Source of the DNA: Clostridiaceae bacterium
GTDB taxonomy: Bacteria > Bacillota > Clostridia > Saccharofermentanales > DTU023
NCBI GenBank assembly: GCA_012841015.1
Contig: DUVN01000006.1
Span: 61,472-125,471 of the forward strand
Direction of reading: 5' to 3'
DNA length: 64,000 nucleotides
The notes beneath the pieces are model-generated. The model did no database searches, was not told the origin of the DNA, and saw only the letters and a program-made list of their open reading frames with translations. Positions 9,027-19,287 of this stretch are shown in pieces. The translations under genes were made by a program, and so were the position numbers. Position 1 is the stretch's first letter. The number at the start of each line of letters is the position of its first letter.

Positions 9027-10406
9027 TTAGTTAGCCTGAAGTGAAAGCCCATTCTCGAAAAACTCGCGGTACAAGGCTGAGACAGCGCGTTGTCTTTCGT
9101 AATGTCGCATGAGAAACACCATGCTAATCTCGAAATAGTCCAATATGACCATTTCGACGCTGATCTGTTCCTTTGCCATCGCCGTCATGGCGCGTGCCAT
9201 GACGCCAACTGTATCGCGAATGCCTTCACCTACGAGCATGATGATTGACAGTTGTCGTACGACTGTGACTTGTCGGAGGCCGAGTTCGCGATCAAGTCTT
9301 TGGCGTAGTGCGAGTTCGATCTCAAGTGGCAACTGTTCTTCTCTAATGACAATACTAACGGAATCGATCCCTGTTGGGACGTGATGGACGTTAATGCCTA
9401 ACTCTGCAAAGATCGTAAGTATCTTGCTTAGAATGCCGACCTCCTGATTGATCAAGATGCGTCTCAAGTTGACAGAGCAGAAGTTGTCGGCTGCCGCGAT
9501 GCCTGTGACGATACGATCGATGTGTGTTCTTTCTTTGATGATACGCGTTCCAGGTGATGACGGTTCATTCGTATTCTTGATGTGAATGGGAATGTCTTTT
9601 GTCATAACAGGCTCAAGAGCTTCGTGATGAATGATGGAAAAACCAATGTACGCAAGTTCACGCATTTCTCGATAACTCATCTCGCCGAGCGGAACGGCAT
9701 CTGCGATAAATTCAGGGTTAACAGCGAAAACGCTATCGCGATCGGTCCAGTTTTCATATAGTCTCGCGTTGACGGCAGCGGCGAGTATGGCACCTGTTAT
9801 ATCTGATCCGCCACGCGAAAACGTGATCGTCTTACCCTCCGGAGTCACCCCGAAAAAGCCGGGGAAGACGATGATCTCATCTGTCAATGAGAGCGGAGCG
9901 AGATTTTCATATGTTTCAGGAAGAATCACTGTAGCGCTTGCCTGATACGTGAGTGTCAGTCCCGCTTCACGTGGATCGACGTAGCGTGCGCGATGTCCTA
10001 GCATTTGCAGGTAGGCAGCGATGAGTTGCGCGGACGACACTTCACCCATTGCGACGAGTGCATCGCGTGTCGATCGATTCTGTGGGTCGAGTTGCGAGGC
10101 TAAGCGGTTAATGTCCGTTGATAGATCAGTCGCGATTACATCGGGCAAACCAAGGCCTTTAGCGATGCCGTGAAGTCTATCTTCAATGAGACGGCGATCC
10201 TCGATCGCATCACGCCCAGCGTCCGTCTCTTCAATGATCGATAACAAGATATCGGTTACTTTTCTATCGGGTATAACATTTTTGCGGACTCCCGGAGCAG
10301 AGACGACCATAATCTTTCGTTCAGGGTTCTCCAATACAATGGAGCAAACCTGTTTAATTTGTGAGGCGTCTGAGAGCGATGAGCCGCCAAATTTACAAAC
10401 GATCAT
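9027..10406 (-). CDS. lysC: Aspartate kinase
   Basis: KFGGSS, VVSAPG, FSRGGSDITGA, two C-terminal ACT domains. Confidence 0.93.
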   Translation of the reverse strand: MIVCKFGGSSLSDASQIKQVCSIVLENPERKIMVVSAPGVRKNVIPDRKVTDILLSIIEETDAGRDAIEDRRLIEDRLHGIAKGLGLPDVIATDLSTDINRLASQLDPQNRSTRDALVAMGEVSSAQLIAAYLQMLGHRARYVDPREAGLTLTYQASATVILPETYENLAPLSLTDEIIVFPGFFGVTPEGKTITFSRGGSDITGAILAAAVNARLYENWTDRDSVFAVNPEFIADAVPLGEMSYREMRELAYIGFSIIHHEALEPVMTKDIPIHIKNTNEPSSPGTRIIKERTHIDRIVTGIAAADNFCSVNLRRILINQEVGILSKILTIFAELGINVHHVPTGIDSVSIVIREEQLPLEIELALRQRLDRELGLRQVTVVRQLSIIMLVGEGIRDTVGVMARAMTAMAKEQISVEMVILDYFEISMVFLMRHYERQRAVSALYREFFENGLSLQAN

Positions 10407-10980
10407 GGCACTCTCCTTTTAAATCATTCCAATGTGAGCGACCACCTAGCAGGATAAGAAGAGACTCGATCGTCCGCTTGATTCGTACAGTGAATATCTC
10501 GCGCGATGATCGTCTCTCTGTGAGGATGACAGGGATGCCGGCGCGCCGAGCTGACCACACGTCTGTGAGTAGCTGATCTCCGACCATCAGGGCTTTTTCA
10601 CAGGGACAATTGCGTTGAACTAGGTCGCGGCAGATAGTCTTAATGCCAGGCTTTTTTGCGTGTGCGATGAAAGAAATACCGAGCGATGCGGCATAGGTGC
10701 GCGCTCGCTCCACGCGTGCGTTGGAGACGATCACAGGACAGAGACTGGAATCTTCGATACGATCGATTATCAACTTAGCAAAGGTATCACACGTTTTTGA
10801 TCCGTGAAAAGCCAACGTATTGTCTATGTCAATGAGTACAATGCGAAAACCTTTTGCTGCCAGGGCTTCGAAATCGATTTTATCAGGAGAGGAAACGATG
10901 CAATCAGGGAAAAAGCGAGCCCTAACCCATCCTGATAGTGTTCGACTCTTTTTGATGTTCTTTCGATTCATAATTGTCAT
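10393..10980 (-). CDS. yqeG: YqeG-family HAD IIIA phosphatase
   Basis: DIDNTL, IVSN, AKKP and VGDQLLTDV motifs. Confidence 0.88.
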   Translation of the reverse strand: MTIMNRKNIKKSRTLSGWVRARFFPDCIVSSPDKIDFEALAAKGFRIVLIDIDNTLAFHGSKTCDTFAKLIIDRIEDSSLCPVIVSNARVERARTYAASLGISFIAHAKKPGIKTICRDLVQRNCPCEKALMVGDQLLTDVWSARRAGIPVILTERRSSREIFTVRIKRTIESLLILLGGRSHWNDLKGECHDRL

Positions 10981-11121
10981 TGCCTATGCCTCTACTATTT
11001 GTTTGGATCAGCGCGTTTTTCTCTTTCTTTGCCAGCACATACATACTTTACCATTCGCCGAATAACATAACACAAGAGTCTCAAATACTATACTCCTGAT
11101 CTCGATGGTCAATCTTCACAG

Positions 11122-11150
11122 TTGCTCACACACGCTCTTTCCCGTAAAAT
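11122..11150 (+). promoter_or_regulatory. sigmaA-type promoter for the efp operon
   Basis: TTGCTC-17 bp-TAAAAT. Confidence 0.55.
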
Positions 11151-11195
11151 AGCGATAATATCGTGCGCAAAGAGTACAGAACATTGGAGGTATAT

Positions 11196-11753
11196 ATGAT
11201 AAGTGCGGGAGATTTTCGCAATGGGACAACTTTTGTTATGGACGGTCAGCCTTGTCAAGTTGTCGAGTTTCAACATGTGAAACCTGGAAAGGGCTCTGCT
11301 TTCGTCCGTGTTAAATACAAAAATCTGCAAACGGGAAGCGTTGTTCAATCGAGCTTCAACCCTTCAGATAAGTACCCGCTCGCGTCTTTGAGTATCCGGG
11401 ATATGTCGTACATCTACGCTGACGGTGAGCTATACTATTTTATGGATATGGAGACGTATGACCAGATCCCGATCAACAAAGACAGATTGGAGCACACTCT
11501 GTCTTTTTTGAAGGAGGGTATGACAGTCCGTATTCAGTCATGGGAGAGTGAGATCCTGAGCGTTGAGCTTCCCAACATTGTTGAGCTTGAGATTGTGGAC
11601 TGTGAGCCTGCCGTTCGCGGTGATACGGCGCAGAGTGCGACAAAGAATGCGACGCTTGAAACAGGTGCTGTCATCCGAGTTCCGCTTTTTATCAGCCAAA
11701 ACGAGGTGGTGAGAATTGATACGCGCACGGGAGAATATCTGGAGCGTGCATGA
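11196..11753 (+). CDS. efp: Elongation factor P
   Basis: HVKPGKGSAFVR and C-terminal DTRTGEYLER. Start moved to ATG 11196 behind GGAGG. Confidence 0.97.
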   Translation: MISAGDFRNGTTFVMDGQPCQVVEFQHVKPGKGSAFVRVKYKNLQTGSVVQSSFNPSDKYPLASLSIRDMSYIYADGELYYFMDMETYDQIPINKDRLEHTLSFLKEGMTVRIQSWESEILSVELPNIVELEIVDCEPAVRGDTAQSATKNATLETGAVIRVPLFISQNEVVRIDTRTGEYLERA

Positions 11754-12175
11754 TGTTGGAGGGTGATGGCCGCCAGTTTTCGATTAAAGGTGAACGGACG
11801 ATGTCGCAGGGCTTCATCGCCCAATATGCGGCGGAAGCGGCTCTCCATACGGAGGGCGTGAGTGCACTGAATAAAGGCGCCATCACGACACTTAAGGAGG
11901 CGATCGGCCTAGAGCATGAGGGACAGGGTGTTCGTGTCTCTTTTCGCGGAGAAGCCTCTGACGATGTGATCATCACGGTGTATCTCGACGTCCTGTTTGG
12001 ATACGTGATGCCGGAAGTGGCATGGTCTGTACAGGAACGCGTCAAACGAGATGTTGAGAGGTATACAGGCCTCAACGTTGACGCAGTCAATGTGCATGTT
12101 ATGCGCGTCGTCGAAAGCGAAGACACCGGTAAAATCAAACTGGACAAACTATTTGATCCGGAGGACTATCTATGA
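11750..12175 (+). CDS. Asp23/Gls24 family envelope stress protein
   Basis: GVRV...V.FGY.MPEVAWSVQERVKRDVERYTGLNVDAVNVHV, in the expected synteny. Confidence 0.9.
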   Translation: MMLEGDGRQFSIKGERTMSQGFIAQYAAEAALHTEGVSALNKGAITTLKEAIGLEHEGQGVRVSFRGEASDDVIITVYLDVLFGYVMPEVAWSVQERVKRDVERYTGLNVDAVNVHVMRVVESEDTGKIKLDKLFDPEDYL

Positions 12176-12723
12176 ATCGATGGGTTCGCTTTATCTTGAT
12201 CGTGTTTTCTTTAACGTTGGCTGTGGTGTTTCTCGTCACGGTTCTGATGATGGCGAGTAAAGATATTTTGTCGGGTATTGTCTCGATGATCGTCAACATT
12301 GCGCAGAGACAGTCGAACAGAACAGTTGCGCTCGTGATAGGTTTGCTGGGCTTTCTCATCGCTACTTTTACGCTGATTGTTGCTGTTATGTCGGGAAGGC
12401 TTCGCAAGACGCGTATCCGTTCTAATGAAATTGGTCATATTGAGATCGGTGTTGAGGCGATCGAGAACATCGCACTGAATGCTGCGAAGATTTCGCAATC
12501 TGGTGTTAAAATGGCCAAAGCACACGTTTCACCGAGTAAAGGCGGAGCACTGTCCATCAAATTAGTAGTCCAAGCATTTCCTGATGTGGAGATACCGATG
12601 ATGATGGCTCGCGTTCAGGAGCGTGTCAAAAAAGATATTGAGAAATATACAGGTATCGAAGTTGGTGATGTCCAAATTCGTGTGAGTAAGGTCGAAGCGA
12701 TATCGCCGCGTGTGGAGCGATGA
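12172..12723 (+). CDS. amaP: Alkaline shock response membrane anchor AmaP
   Basis: Two N-terminal TMs plus an Asp23-like C-terminus, between asp23 and DUF2273. Confidence 0.8.
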   Translation: MNRWVRFILIVFSLTLAVVFLVTVLMMASKDILSGIVSMIVNIAQRQSNRTVALVIGLLGFLIATFTLIVAVMSGRLRKTRIRSNEIGHIEIGVEAIENIALNAAKISQSGVKMAKAHVSPSKGGALSIKLVVQAFPDVEIPMMMARVQERVKKDIEKYTGIEVGDVQIRVSKVEAISPRVER

Positions 12724-12729
12724 TGTTCT

Positions 12730-12975
12730 ATGTATAAGCACGATCCACAACGCCGACAGGCGCGCGACGAACGATATCGGCTTTCACCTGGTCTGATCGG
12801 TTTTTTGGTCGGTTTTGTTATTGCTTTGTTGTGGGTCTTATTCGGGTTTTGGAGATTGCTTTTTATTCTCGCTTTGTCTGGAGCAGGTTACTATATCGGC
12901 GTTCGTTATTTTCGCGATCGTGATGCCTTCAAGAAGTTGATTGACAAGATATTTCCACCCGGCATGTTTCGCTAG
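12730..12975 (+). CDS. DUF2273 small membrane protein
   Basis: IGFLVGFVIALLWVLFGFWRLLFILALSGAGYYIG, in the expected synteny. Confidence 0.8.
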   Translation: MYKHDPQRRQARDERYRLSPGLIGFLVGFVIALLWVLFGFWRLLFILALSGAGYYIGVRYFRDRDAFKKLIDKIFPPGMFR

Positions 12976-12990
12976 TAGGGAACGGTTTGC

Positions 12991-13473
12991 ATGAGCCGAC
13001 ACAGTGCACGCGAAAAATCTGTCATGCTCCTCTATCAGTTGGATGTTCGAGAGGGGTCGATCGAGAAGATAAAAGAGATATTTCTCTCACAATATCCTAT
13101 CGAGAATGAGAGCGATCGAAAGTACTTTGATTTTCTTGTTGGCGGTGTCATCGAGAACAGGGAAACACTCGACGACATCATCGCCAAGTACCTCCGCGGA
13201 TGGACACTAGATCGACAGTCGCTTCTCGATCTAGCCATACTCAGAGTTGCAATCCTAGAACTCCTATTCGATACGAGAGTGCCTGTTGAGATTGCCATTT
13301 CCGAGGCTGTCATTTTGGCAAATCGATACGGCGATGACAACTCTCGGCCGTTCATCAATGCTGTTTTAGGAAATATTGAAAAAAATGAGCATCTACGTAT
13401 CGAGGTTTGTGACGATGCTCTACAAGAGCTTGGCGATCGCTCAGCGCGACCAGACGATGATGAGGATTTGTAA
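12991..13473 (+). CDS. nusB: Transcription antitermination factor NusB
   Basis: SRHSARE..LLYQ, W.LDR...DLAILR and FINAVL motifs. Confidence 0.95.
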   Translation: MSRHSAREKSVMLLYQLDVREGSIEKIKEIFLSQYPIENESDRKYFDFLVGGVIENRETLDDIIAKYLRGWTLDRQSLLDLAILRVAILELLFDTRVPVEIAISEAVILANRYGDDNSRPFINAVLGNIEKNEHLRIEVCDDALQELGDRSARPDDDEDL

Positions 13474-14750
13474 TGGATGGTGTGCTATCGGTGACGGAGC
13501 TCAATAGGGCAGTCAATGAGACGTTGATGCGGGATCCCGTGTTGGGAAAGGTTCAAGTTAGAGGAGAAATTTCAGGGCTGAAAAAATATCCCTCAGGACA
13601 CACGTACTTCACCTTGAAAGACAGTGAGGCAGCCGTCTCTTGTGTGTTATTCAGGGGAACTGCTCAGAGCGTTCGCATTTCGCTTTCTGATGGTATGAGT
13701 GTCGTTCTGTTCGCTCGTCCTAATCTTTACGACAAGACAGGTAGATTTCAGCTGATTGTCAGTGGTGCTCGCGAAGAGGGGATTGGTGATCTTTTTACGC
13801 GCTTCCTCAAGCTTAAAGAAAAGCTCGAACGTGAGGGATTGTTTGAGACGAGCAGGAAAAAGCCGATCCCGACGATGCCCAAGCGTATCGTTGCTGTAAC
13901 GTCAAGTGTAGGCGCTGTCATTCGCGATATCATCCATGTTATAAGACGGCGTTTCCCTGGTTTGAGCTTGACGTTGATACCGGTCGCCGTCCAAGGCAGC
14001 GGCGCTGAGAATGAGATTGCGGCGGCAATTGCTACTGCTAATCGGTTGCATCTGGGCGATGTCATCATAGTGGGAAGAGGCGGCGGCTCACAAGAAGATT
14101 TGCAGCCGTTTAATGAAGAGGTAACAGCTAGGGCAATTGCAGCCTCCAAAATACCGGTTATTTCTGCCGTTGGCCATGAGACAGACTATACAATTGCCGA
14201 TTTTGTCGCTGATCTTCGTGCACCGACACCGTCTGCAGCAGCTGAGCTCGTCGCACCATTGAAGGATGCGCTCTACGAAAGGCTTGAACAGCTGTCGTCT
14301 TCTTTAGAGCAGGCGTGTGCAAATCGCCTTGAGGTGTCTTCTAGGCATCTTGCTTACTTAGCAGCTCGTCCCGTTCTTATCAATCCGACCGCCATCGTCG
14401 AGCGGCACGAGTCGAGACTCGCCCTTCATCGACAGCGCCTCGTAAGTGCGTTTCCGAAGAGAATGGCAGATACGGAAAGTCGCTATGAGCGATTAGATGA
14501 GAAACTTCACGCTGCAATAGAGCGAGTGAGGATAGACCGTTATTCGCAACTTGAAACATTGGCGAAGGCACTTGAGGCGCTCTCACCGCTCTCCGTGCTC
14601 ACACGAGGGTATTCTGTCGTCAAACGCGCCTCGGGCGCTATGGTGATGTCTGCTGTTTCGTTGGAAAAAGACGACAAAATTGATATCGTATTTGCCGATG
14701 GGGAAGTAGGCGCGTTGATTACACATTCAATAGGCGACCTGAGTGATTGA
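13473..14750 (+). CDS. xseA: Exodeoxyribonuclease VII large subunit
   Basis: SGHTYFTLKD, GRGGGS, SAVGHETD and ADLRAPTPSAAAE. Confidence 0.96.
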   Translation: MDGVLSVTELNRAVNETLMRDPVLGKVQVRGEISGLKKYPSGHTYFTLKDSEAAVSCVLFRGTAQSVRISLSDGMSVVLFARPNLYDKTGRFQLIVSGAREEGIGDLFTRFLKLKEKLEREGLFETSRKKPIPTMPKRIVAVTSSVGAVIRDIIHVIRRRFPGLSLTLIPVAVQGSGAENEIAAAIATANRLHLGDVIIVGRGGGSQEDLQPFNEEVTARAIAASKIPVISAVGHETDYTIADFVADLRAPTPSAAAELVAPLKDALYERLEQLSSSLEQACANRLEVSSRHLAYLAARPVLINPTAIVERHESRLALHRQRLVSAFPKRMADTESRYERLDEKLHAAIERVRIDRYSQLETLAKALEALSPLSVLTRGYSVVKRASGAMVMSAVSLEKDDKIDIVFADGEVGALITHSIGDLSD

Positions 14751-14827
14751 AAAGCTCATGGATCACGTTACGGTTATGCTAATGGCAATAGCGTGTACCA
14801 CGCTAAAGAATTGAGAAAGAGGAGAAC

Positions 14828-15064
14828 ATGACTGGCTGCTATATACTTCCTGATAATATGACATATGAAGATGCCATTAAGAGACTAGAGGAGATCGTCA
14901 CGATGCTTGAGCGCGGCGAGGGCTCCCTTGACCGGTCGATGGATTTGTTTCGTGAGGGCATCGCACTGTCGACTTTTTGTGCTGACAAATTGAATTCAAT
15001 GCGAGAAGAGATGCTTATCCTTGTCGACCAGACGGGTAGAACAGAGCCTTTTGACGATGAATAA
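14828..15064 (+). CDS. xseB: Exodeoxyribonuclease VII small subunit
   Basis: YEDAIKRLEEIV..LE.GE.SLD.SM.LF.EG. AGGAG SD. Confidence 0.93.
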   Translation: MTGCYILPDNMTYEDAIKRLEEIVTMLERGEGSLDRSMDLFREGIALSTFCADKLNSMREEMLILVDQTGRTEPFDDE

Positions 15065-15983
15065 CGACAATATAAATAGATATGAAATGCAATTTGAGCG
15101 CGATAGAGTACACGTGGAGGCAGTGTTAGACAAGTGTCTCACACCGCCTCACGGACATCAGGAAAGCTCAGTCTGGCAGGCGGCGCGATACAGTGTGCTA
15201 GGTGGCGGGAAACGGGTTCGCCCGATTCTATTCCTCATGACCTTCCGCATGTTTCATCGCGACGTGCCTGAATATGTTTATCGATTTGCCGCGGCAATCG
15301 AGATGATTCACTCATATTCGCTTATTCACGACGATTTGCCAGCAATGGACAACGATGATTTTCGGCGCGGACAGCCATCATGCCACAAGGTTTACGGTGA
15401 GGGGGTCGCGATTATCGCTGGTGACCTTCTTCTCAATCTCGCCTATGAGACGATGCTCGACGCCTCTGATCCAGCATTCTCAGAGGCTTGCCGATGTGCG
15501 ATGAAGACCATCGCGCAAGCGTCAGGCGGTCGCGGGATGGTGCTCGGTCAGGCGCTCGATCTCTCTTTGGAGAACGCCTGCTTTTCAGCTGTGACAATTG
15601 AAGACGTAGAGGCGATGGCAAAGATGAAGACGAGCGCTTTAATCGCTGCCGCCATAGAAGCGGCAGGCCATCTTTCTGGTGCCTCAGAGAAGGAACTGTT
15701 CGATCTTCGTTTGGCGGGACAGCACCTTGGTCTTGCATTTCAGATCAGAGATGATATTCTTGATGGAATTGAGCTGAGTGATCAATTCGGAAAAACAAGG
15801 CATAAAGACGAGCGCGACGGCAAAAAGACTTTCGTAACGGTCGCCGGACAAAAGGAAGCGATTTCTTTATTGTCATTCCATACAGAAGCCGCAAAAAATA
15901 CATTCTTACGTCTTCAGCGACGTGGCAGACACGTTGACGGCCTGATGGAGCTGACACGCCGTCTGAAGGAAAGGACATACTAG
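15057..15983 (+). CDS. ispA: Polyprenyl (farnesyl/geranylgeranyl) diphosphate synthase
   Basis: GGKRVRP, FARM HDDLPAMDNDDFRRG and SARM FQIRDDILD. ATG 15057 overlaps the end of xseB. Confidence 0.93.
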   Translation: MNNDNINRYEMQFERDRVHVEAVLDKCLTPPHGHQESSVWQAARYSVLGGGKRVRPILFLMTFRMFHRDVPEYVYRFAAAIEMIHSYSLIHDDLPAMDNDDFRRGQPSCHKVYGEGVAIIAGDLLLNLAYETMLDASDPAFSEACRCAMKTIAQASGGRGMVLGQALDLSLENACFSAVTIEDVEAMAKMKTSALIAAAIEAAGHLSGASEKELFDLRLAGQHLGLAFQIRDDILDGIELSDQFGKTRHKDERDGKKTFVTVAGQKEAISLLSFHTEAAKNTFLRLQRRGRHVDGLMELTRRLKERTY

Positions 15984-15985
15984 AC

Positions 15986-17905
15986 TTGAACGAACCCACG
16001 TTACTCTCTTCAATAGACGGATCTTCAGCGATAAGCCAGTTATCGTTCGATGAAAAGGAACGGCTAGCACAGGAAGTGCGTGACATCATCATAGAGACGG
16101 TTGCTACCAATGGAGGCCATCTCGCACCGAACCTCGGTGTCGTTGAATTGACGATTGCCATGCTATCAACGTTAAATCCACCTGAAGATTCTGTCATCTT
16201 CGATGTGGGACATCAGTGCTATGCTTGGAAAATTCTCACTGATCGACGGGAACGGTTTTCGACTTTACGCCGTAAGGGCGGTTTATCAGGTTTCCCGAAG
16301 CGTGAGGAAAGCCCTTACGATGCTTTCAATACAGGGCACAGTAGTACCTCTGTTTCTGCGGCGCTCGGTCTGGCGCGAGCCAAACGGTCGAAGGGTGATA
16401 AAAGCCGTACTGTCGCTGTAATTGGAGATGGATCTATCGGTGGAGGTATGGCGTTTGAGGCGTTGTCAGATGCAGGTCAGTCCGGCGAGAATCTTCTCGT
16501 GATATTAAATGATAACCAGATGTGCATCGACCATGTTGTTGGTGGGTTGGCGCGTCATCTTGAGCAGTTACGCACGTCACTGCGCTATATCAGGATGAAG
16601 ACGAGATGGGAGCAGCGGCTCGATCGCCTTCCCCTCGTTGGTAAACCGATGATACGCCTTCTTGCATCGATTAAGAGAAATTTCCGTTTGTGGCGACGAG
16701 AGCGAGGTGCTATCTTTGAGCGGTTAGGCTTTCGTTACTACGGTCCTGTCGATGGCCACGATCTTAGGGATCTAGAGCGTCATCTGCATGCCCTGAGGTT
16801 TATCCGAGGCCCTGTTCTTTTGCACGTTGTAACGCTCAAAGGGAAGGGGTATACATTCGCGGAAGCTGATCCTGCAGATTACCACGGTGTGGCTCCGTTC
16901 GATTTGCTCAACGGCAAATCGTCATCAAGCGGAGAACTGAAAACTTTTTCCCGTGTTTTTGGTGAGACGATGATTGAACTGGCTGAGAATGATCGAAATG
17001 TCGTCGCTATCACGGCGGCTATGATGCAGGGTACAGGGCTATTGCCGTTCGCTGAGAGATTCCCTGAGCGCCTGTTTGACGTCGGAATCGCAGAACAACA
17101 TGCCGTGACGATGGCGGCCGGCATGGCGGCCGGTGGTTTGAGACCATATGTAGCGATTTACAGCACGTTTATGCAGCGCGCTATCGATCAGCTTATTCAC
17201 GACGTCTGTCTTCAGAACTTACCAGTTGTCTTTGCGCTTGATCGAGCGGGATGTGTGGGTGGAGACGGCGAAACACATCAGGGGATTTACGATCTCGCCA
17301 TGACGTTGTCATTTCCGAATTTGACTGTGTTTGCTCCAGCTACGGCGTCCGATTTGAGAGCGATACTCCTTCTTTCGCACAACCATGACGGCCCTGTTCT
17401 AATACGCTATCCTCACGATGTTGCCGAGGCGCGCTGTTTCCTGCCTGAGGATTTGGACAAGGAGAAGGATGATATAAGCCGTCTCTGCTCTCTTCGCAGA
17501 ATAAGAGCAGGCTCTGATTTAACTGTCATTGCGTTAGGATCAGCCCTCCAAGAAGCCGAAAAAGCCGTCGAAGTTATCACGAATAAGAACAATAATATAT
17601 CAATCGACCTCTTTTCCTGTATTGCCGCAGTTCCCTTTGAATATCACATTATGTTAGAATCTATACAGAGGACGGGAAGATTGTTTATTGTCGAGGATGG
17701 TTGTGAATTGGGCGGTTTTGGTTCAATAGTCGTTTCTGAGGCGGTACGAACTTCTCAAAATGTATTAGTCGACTTTGCTGGAGTCCGTAACAGGATTGTT
17801 GGGCAGGCGACTAGGGCGGAACTTCGTCAAGATGAGAAGCTTGACGCCGTGGGACTTGTAGAGCGTATGACTCGTCTCATTGAGAAATCGCCAAATTCGG
17901 GATAG
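15986..17905 (+). CDS. dxs: 1-deoxy-D-xylulose-5-phosphate synthase
   Basis: GGHLAPNLG, DVGHQCY, GHSSTS, IGDG, GIAEQHA and DGETHQG. Confidence 0.97.
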   Translation: MNEPTLLSSIDGSSAISQLSFDEKERLAQEVRDIIIETVATNGGHLAPNLGVVELTIAMLSTLNPPEDSVIFDVGHQCYAWKILTDRRERFSTLRRKGGLSGFPKREESPYDAFNTGHSSTSVSAALGLARAKRSKGDKSRTVAVIGDGSIGGGMAFEALSDAGQSGENLLVILNDNQMCIDHVVGGLARHLEQLRTSLRYIRMKTRWEQRLDRLPLVGKPMIRLLASIKRNFRLWRRERGAIFERLGFRYYGPVDGHDLRDLERHLHALRFIRGPVLLHVVTLKGKGYTFAEADPADYHGVAPFDLLNGKSSSSGELKTFSRVFGETMIELAENDRNVVAITAAMMQGTGLLPFAERFPERLFDVGIAEQHAVTMAAGMAAGGLRPYVAIYSTFMQRAIDQLIHDVCLQNLPVVFALDRAGCVGGDGETHQGIYDLAMTLSFPNLTVFAPATASDLRAILLLSHNHDGPVLIRYPHDVAEARCFLPEDLDKEKDDISRLCSLRRIRAGSDLTVIALGSALQEAEKAVEVITNKNNNISIDLFSCIAAVPFEYHIMLESIQRTGRLFIVEDGCELGGFGSIVVSEAVRTSQNVLVDFAGVRNRIVGQATRAELRQDEKLDAVGLVERMTRLIEKSPNSG

Positions 17906-17936
17906 TTGCCGCGTCCCGACTTGAAAGGTTGTAATC

Positions 17937-18788
17937 GTGCGTATCGCACTTTATCCCAATTTATCACGGGATCCTGGCTTTGTTGTTACACGCCGATTGA
18001 TATCGTGTATTGCGGAAGGAGGCGCAACGGCTGTCGTTGAGGATAAAATTCCTGAGCTCGAGGCAGAATGCCTCATTCGCGATTCATACGATACGTGCGA
18101 TTTGTTGATTTGCCTAGGCGGTGACGGGACATTTCTCTCAGCAGTACATCACGAAAGCGCAAAAAATCTCCCTATTACAGGTGTGAATCTCGGCAGCGTC
18201 GGTTTCCTGCATGAGATTGATGTTGATCGTATGGAGAGAGCTGTCAGGCTTCTTATTGATCGAAAATTTACGATTGAGCAAAGAGCCTTGCTTTCATCAT
18301 CGTGTTACGATACGGGCGGTCACCGAATCGTCTTTGAGGAAGCGCTTAACGATGTCATACTCGCGCGAGCTAATATCGTCAAATCGATCGATGTCGGGCT
18401 TGAAATTGACGGAGAGCGTGTTGAGAACCTTCCGGGTGACGGCGTTATTATCTCGACCCCGACCGGTTCGACGGCATACTCTCTCTCAGCCGGTGGACCT
18501 ATTATCCATCCAACAGCTGAAGTCATGCTTATCACGCCCATCTGCCCTCATACATTGCAAAATAGGTCTTACGTCATAGGCGTCGACTCAGAAATTACAC
18601 TGCGTTTAATTTCCAGTCAAGGTGGAGCGATCCTATCAGTCGACGGACGCGTTGGGTACAACATGACCATAGGCTCACGCGTCACTGTCGGCGTCTCTGA
18701 CAGAAAAGTGCAATATATACGTTTGTGGAATGAAGATTTTTTTAAAACACTTCCAACGAAAATACGAAAAAGGGGACTAAGCAGATGA
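17937..18788 (+). CDS. nadK: NAD(+) kinase
   Basis: GGDGT, LND and DG..ISTPTGSTAYSLSAGGP. Confidence 0.95.
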   Translation: MRIALYPNLSRDPGFVVTRRLISCIAEGGATAVVEDKIPELEAECLIRDSYDTCDLLICLGGDGTFLSAVHHESAKNLPITGVNLGSVGFLHEIDVDRMERAVRLLIDRKFTIEQRALLSSSCYDTGGHRIVFEEALNDVILARANIVKSIDVGLEIDGERVENLPGDGVIISTPTGSTAYSLSAGGPIIHPTAEVMLITPICPHTLQNRSYVIGVDSEITLRLISSQGGAILSVDGRVGYNMTIGSRVTVGVSDRKVQYIRLWNEDFFKTLPTKIRKRGLSR

Positions 18789-19273
18789 AAAAGGTACCAA
18801 AAAAGCAACGTCAGTCGCGTATTATTCGTATTGTCAATGAGCAGAACATCGAAACGCAGGCAGATCTTGTCGATGCTCTCATGGCGTCTGGCATGGAGGT
18901 GACACAAGCGACGGTCTCACGCGATATCAAAGAGCTCGGAATCGTCAAGGTGATGACGGGCGAAGGCACACAAAAGTACGTCACGCTCAGCCACAGTGGT
19001 GAAGTTGCGGCAGGACGTATGCGCCGCGTGTTTTCAGAAGCCGTCGTTTCGGTCAACCGTTCGAACGCGTTTGTCATTATGAAAACGCTGCCCGGTATGG
19101 CACAAGGTGCAGCATCAGCACTTGATTCCATGTATCTAGATGAGATCATGGGAACGCTAGCCGGTGACGACACGATCTTCATTGCGACGCGCAACAATGA
19201 CGTCGCAGAGAGCCTCAGGGAAAAGCTCGTGGCTCTGTCAAAGACAGATAACTCAGAATTGACGGAAGGCTAA
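18785..19273 (+). CDS. argR: Arginine repressor
   Basis: VTQATVSRDIKEL and GTLAGDDT. Confidence 0.96.
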   Translation: MKKVPKKQRQSRIIRIVNEQNIETQADLVDALMASGMEVTQATVSRDIKELGIVKVMTGEGTQKYVTLSHSGEVAAGRMRRVFSEAVVSVNRSNAFVIMKTLPGMAQGAASALDSMYLDEIMGTLAGDDTIFIATRNNDVAESLREKLVALSKTDNSELTEG

Positions 19274-19287
19274 TCTAGACTATCCTT

